Assembly: GCA_041651395.1 (NCBI GenBank) | Contig: JBAZJI010000001.1 | Span: 315,920-379,919 of the forward strand | Source: Minisyncoccota bacterium | GTDB lineage: Bacteria; Patescibacteriota; Minisyncoccia; Minisyncoccales; JAGOPM01 | Length of the DNA: 64,000 bases | Direction of reading: 5' to 3' | In this document: positions 60,988 through 64,000 of the stretch, one piece after another | Numbering within the stretch: position 1 is the stretch's first letter | Layout of the letters: every line of letters begins with the position of its first letter | Notes under the pieces: generated by a model | The model's database searches: none | What the model was told of the DNA's origin: nothing | The model's input: the letters and a program-made list of their open reading frames with translations, nothing else | Made by a program: the position numbers and the translations under genes

Positions 60988-61602
60988 ATGTTAGACACAA
61001 AAAGACATCTATTCAAAGGACTTGAGGGTTTTGTTGCAAATACTTTTGCCAAACTCCCATTAAGTGCTAATCAATACACTTATCTCTCGATTGTGTTTGT
61101 ATTGATTAGCGCATACTTAATAATCAGCCGAGAATTCTATTGGGCATTGGCGTTCTTTGCCCTCTCTGGCTTAATGGACTTCGTCGATGGCTCTGTGGCT
61201 CGCGCTAAGGGCACTTCGGGCCCTTTTGGGGCATATTTGGATACGGTAGTAGACCGGTACATCGAAGGCATAATAATCGTTTCATTAATGTTTTTGCCTT
61301 TGCCGCATTTCTTGAACATACCGCATTATATTTGGATTGGAGCGTTTTTATTCGGATCGATTGCCACGACGTATGTAAAAGCTGCTGCTTCTGAAAAAAA
61401 ACTTGTGGATAGGGAGCTAGTGGGAGGGGTAATGTCGCGCGGAGAAAGAATTATTATGCTGTGTATTGGAATTTTGCTGGCAAACTTTAGTTATACATGG
61501 TGCATGTACGTTATCGTATTTTTGGCCATAATGAGCAACTATACGGCTTTACAAAGAATAACTTCAGCCTTTCGCAAGTCAAAAACAATTTTATCAGCTT
61601 AA
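60988..61602 (+). CDS. CDP-alcohol phosphatidyltransferase family protein
   Basis: 204 aa, polytopic. Signature DFVDGSVARAKGTSGPFGAYLDTVVDRY (D-G-x2-A-R-x8-G-x3-D-x3-D). Confidence 0.8.
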   Translation: MLDTKRHLFKGLEGFVANTFAKLPLSANQYTYLSIVFVLISAYLIISREFYWALAFFALSGLMDFVDGSVARAKGTSGPFGAYLDTVVDRYIEGIIIVSLMFLPLPHFLNIPHYIWIGAFLFGSIATTYVKAAASEKKLVDRELVGGVMSRGERIIMLCIGILLANFSYTWCMYVIVFLAIMSNYTALQRITSAFRKSKTILSA

Positions 61603-61604
61603 AG

Positions 61605-61633
61605 AAAAATCCCGCTTTCAAGCGGGATTTTTT
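61605..61633. terminator. Bidirectional terminator between CDP-alcohol transferase and radical SAM genes
   Basis: AAAAATCCCGCT-TTCA-AGCGGGATTTTTT. Confidence 0.8.
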
Positions 61634-62642
61634 ATAGCACTCCGGATACTCTGGCACCGCATTTTTGGCAACTGCCATTATTGTCATTTCTTTTTGTCAC
61701 ATTCTGGCGGCGTTGGATTAAAACATCTTGGCACTTGGGGCAGAGAGTGTTATTTAGCGGTTCGGCTTTTTGTTTGGGCAAATAAACGTATTGTAATCCG
61801 GATTTTTTCCCAAGGGCTACAATATCAAGTAGGCTTGCGTTTTCCGGCGCGTTGCTACTCTCTAGTTTCCAAGAAACTGCCGGATCAAATGCTAAAACAT
61901 GCCAAGGCGTCTGGGCGCCCAAGTCTGTTTTAATATAGCTGGCCAGTGAGGCAAGCATCGAAATATGGTCGTTTTGTTTAGGGATGATAAGAGTGGAAAT
62001 TTCCAGCCAAATGCCGGCATCTTTGAGCCGTTTGCAAGTGTCTAAAACCGGTTGTAAGGCAGCATTGCAATTTTCCTTATAAAATTTTTCGCTAAACGAT
62101 TTAATATCAATATTAACCGCGTCTAAATAAGGCGCAACCATCTCAAAAAGTTCCCGGCTCCAAAAACCATTACTATCCCAAACGTTTTTTAGCCCGGCTT
62201 GGCGCGCTAAGCGCATGGTATCATAAGCAAATTCGGAAAACATGGCCGGGGAAGTATAAGAATAGGCGATTGATCGGCAGTTTTGGGTTAGGGCCAAATC
62301 AACAATTTCCTGCGGCTCATAGGGATGGCCAAAAGTATCGCCACTCAGCCGCGGCTTTTGTGAAATATTCCAGGTTTGGCAATTAGCGCACATCATATTG
62401 CAGCCCGCACTCCCGATTACCAAAGCCAAGCTGCCGGGCAAAAAGTGATATAGGGGGATGCTTTCGATTTTTTGTATCTGCAGGGCGACAATTTGGCCAT
62501 AATTAAGCGCCATAAGCTCGCCATTTTTATTTTCGCGGACTTGGCACATGCCGCGCTTGCCTTTTGCCACCTGGCAATAATGGGCGCAGTTCAGGCAGCT
62601 GATATTTTGGCCGCTGGCTTTTTGCAAATAAACTTTTTTCAT
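61632..62642 (-). CDS. AmmeMemoRadiSam-system-type radical SAM enzyme (PFL-activase-like)
   Basis: 336 aa. N-terminal Cys cluster CLNCAHYC..GKRGMCQVREN, then PLYHFLPGS, then the radical SAM motif GCNMMCANCQTWNIS. Confidence 0.82.
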   Translation of the reverse strand: MKKVYLQKASGQNISCLNCAHYCQVAKGKRGMCQVRENKNGELMALNYGQIVALQIQKIESIPLYHFLPGSLALVIGSAGCNMMCANCQTWNISQKPRLSGDTFGHPYEPQEIVDLALTQNCRSIAYSYTSPAMFSEFAYDTMRLARQAGLKNVWDSNGFWSRELFEMVAPYLDAVNIDIKSFSEKFYKENCNAALQPVLDTCKRLKDAGIWLEISTLIIPKQNDHISMLASLASYIKTDLGAQTPWHVLAFDPAVSWKLESSNAPENASLLDIVALGKKSGLQYVYLPKQKAEPLNNTLCPKCQDVLIQRRQNVTKRNDNNGSCQKCGARVSGVL

Positions 62643-63373
62643 TATTTGGCGCGTTTGATTTTTGTTTTTACCTTTATCCCTAATGCTTTGGCTGCGGGTT
62701 TGATAAAAGTTTTGTTAAATTCTCTGGCAGTGTTGAGGATTTTAGCTAAAATCGGAATCGCCATGTAAATAAAGTGTGAGTGGTGGCCAAGGCCCATTGT
62801 TTGTTTTTTCAAAATTCCCTGTTTTACATCTTCGATAGTTTTTGCATTGGGAATTTCGGTATAGCTATCGCCAATGCCAGCGGAGAAATGAGCGTCCGAT
62901 CCTCCAGTCATGGCTAAGTTGTATTTTTTGGCGCAGGCTAAAGCTTTTTCATTAAAATCTCCCCATGGCCGGCGGGCATTAAATACTTCCATGCCGTCAA
63001 TTATATCCAAGTAGTCCTCGATATTGCCCTTGAAGCCTTCATAAAAATGAAAAGGGTGAGGAATAATGGCGAGACCTCCTTGGTCGTGTATTTGTTTGAT
63101 AACGTCGCGTAGCTCGTGGCCCAAACCGTCGATTTGTTTGTTAATAAAAAGCGCCAAGACATCTCCTTGTTTGGTTTTAATTTCTTCGCCACGGATAATT
63201 ATAGCGCCGGTTTCTTTAGCAACCGTATCAGCATCTTTCCAACAGCGGCAATTTTCGTGATCGGTTATAGCGATACCATCTAAGCCTTTTTTTTGGGCAA
63301 CTTTTACAATTTTGCGTAAAGATGAGAGCCCGTCGTAGGAATATCGCGTATGACAATGCAGGTCCAGTTTCAT
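62642..63373 (-). CDS. PHP-domain metallophosphoesterase
   Basis: 243 aa. Motifs DLHCHTRYSYDG, IAITDHEN, IPHPF and GGSDAH. Its stop overlaps the start of the radical SAM gene. Confidence 0.8.
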   Translation of the reverse strand: MKLDLHCHTRYSYDGLSSLRKIVKVAQKKGLDGIAITDHENCRCWKDADTVAKETGAIIIRGEEIKTKQGDVLALFINKQIDGLGHELRDVIKQIHDQGGLAIIPHPFHFYEGFKGNIEDYLDIIDGMEVFNARRPWGDFNEKALACAKKYNLAMTGGSDAHFSAGIGDSYTEIPNAKTIEDVKQGILKKQTMGLGHHSHFIYMAIPILAKILNTAREFNKTFIKPAAKALGIKVKTKIKRAK

Positions 63374-63463
63374 TATTTTGATTATAGCTGAAATTACCAG
63401 TAAATACAGTGAAAAACTCCCTAACTATTGAAAAATTCTGGCAAAAATGCTATAACATAGTTA

Positions 63464-64000
63464 ATGAAGAGAAGGGTATTTTTAGCTATAAACCCCGATG
63501 CGCAAGCGCAGGAATATCTTCAGCAAATCAAGGATCAAATTGATTCGTCTTTTGAGGCGTGTCCCATTCGTTGGGCGCGCCATTTTGATTTGCATATTAC
63601 CTTGGCCTTTATCGGTATGGTTGGAGAAGCGGAGATTATTAAGATTCGGGAAGCGGTCATGGAGATTTGCGCCCTTTACGGATATTTTTCTTTGAATATG
63701 TCGCGGGCAGCCTTTGCTCCGGAAGGCGAAATCCCTCCGCGCTATGTTTGGGTAAACTTCAAAAACGATAAACGTTTTGAAGAAATGCAAAAAATATTGG
63801 CCCAAAAACTTCTGGAGCGGGGAATTCGTCTCGATCCTAAGCCATTTCATTGTCATATCACTTTAGGCCGCGTGAAGCAGTTTGAATATCGCCGGATTGA
63901 GCCCGAGGAAATGCCCAATATCGCGCAGGACTTAGAATTTTCTTTCCCGGCAGGAGGAATTTCCCTGATGGAATCACGCAAGACTATGGATGGGGCGGAT
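63464..64000 (+). CDS. thpR: RNA 2',3'-cyclic phosphodiesterase (2H phosphoesterase, ThpR/LigT-like), 3'-truncated by window end
   Basis: This frame stays open from ATG 63464 to the window end, so it is absent from the ORF track. It has two H-x-T-x motifs (HITL at 63593 and HITL at 63854). TGCTATAAC lies 7 nt before the ATG. Confidence 0.72.
   Translation, partial: MKRRVFLAINPDAQAQEYLQQIKDQIDSSFEACPIRWARHFDLHITLAFIGMVGEAEIIKIREAVMEICALYGYFSLNMSRAAFAPEGEIPPRYVWVNFKNDKRFEEMQKILAQKLLERGIRLDPKPFHCHITLGRVKQFEYRRIEPEEMPNIAQDLEFSFPAGGISLMESRKTMDGAD

Noticed and set aside
1-64000. Alternative genetic code (UGA as a sense codon), as seen in some CPR lineages.
   Set aside because: Many well-supported genes end at TGA with normal lengths (glyA and the ABC permease, for example). 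Standard-code ORFs are long and uninterrupted.
1-64000. A diversity-generating retroelement acting on the large surface proteins.
   Set aside because: There is no reverse transcriptase ORF. I saw no template/variable repeat pair with adenine-specific mismatches.

Overview
The window reads as a chromosomal segment of a small-genome, CPR/Patescibacteria-like bacterium. That placement is an inference from an archaeal-type SHMT, sparse salvage-type metabolism, many membrane-anchored unknown proteins, and four very large secreted repeat proteins. I call about 58 protein-coding genes. By eye I found no rRNA, tRNA, CRISPR array, transposase, integrase or reverse transcriptase. Recognisable core genes are glyA, gatB, nadD, nadE, rsmE, ychF, a cyclophilin, a pseudouridine synthase, metG, a P-type ATPase, an ABC-2 exporter, capA-like, yjbQ-like and thpR-like. 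Four observations deserve follow-up. (1) The genes use two different start-site types. About 16 genes, concentrated at 9.9-20.2 kb and 56-61 kb, are stand-alone cassettes. Each has a near-consensus promoter, a long A-rich leader (some sharing the motif AATCGAAA next to the SD), a perfect AAGGAGG and its own terminator. The other ~40 genes have no Shine-Dalgarno sequence, and several look leaderless (TATAAT 6-8 nt before ATG). (2) A 39-nt palindromic element occurs three times and brackets a 444-aa unknown gene and an oversized flotillin gene. (3) An 11-kb envelope locus (20.3-31.7 kb) holds a dockerin-like protein and a cohesin-like/Ig-like protein whose last Ig domain is split by a frameshift. 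It also holds a 2004-aa LVIVD/YadA-like protein ending in a phage tail-fibre S74 chaperone domain plus an H-lectin-like domain. (4) Other oddities: two FN3-array proteins with papain-like C-termini, a protein with seven tandem six-cysteine modules followed by a DUF2769 gene, a possible DHAP-shunt trio, a CYTH-P-loop fusion, a ZnuA-like binding protein next to a ZIP transporter, and duplicated PadR-like/HAD modules. All family calls come from motif recognition by eye; no searches were run.
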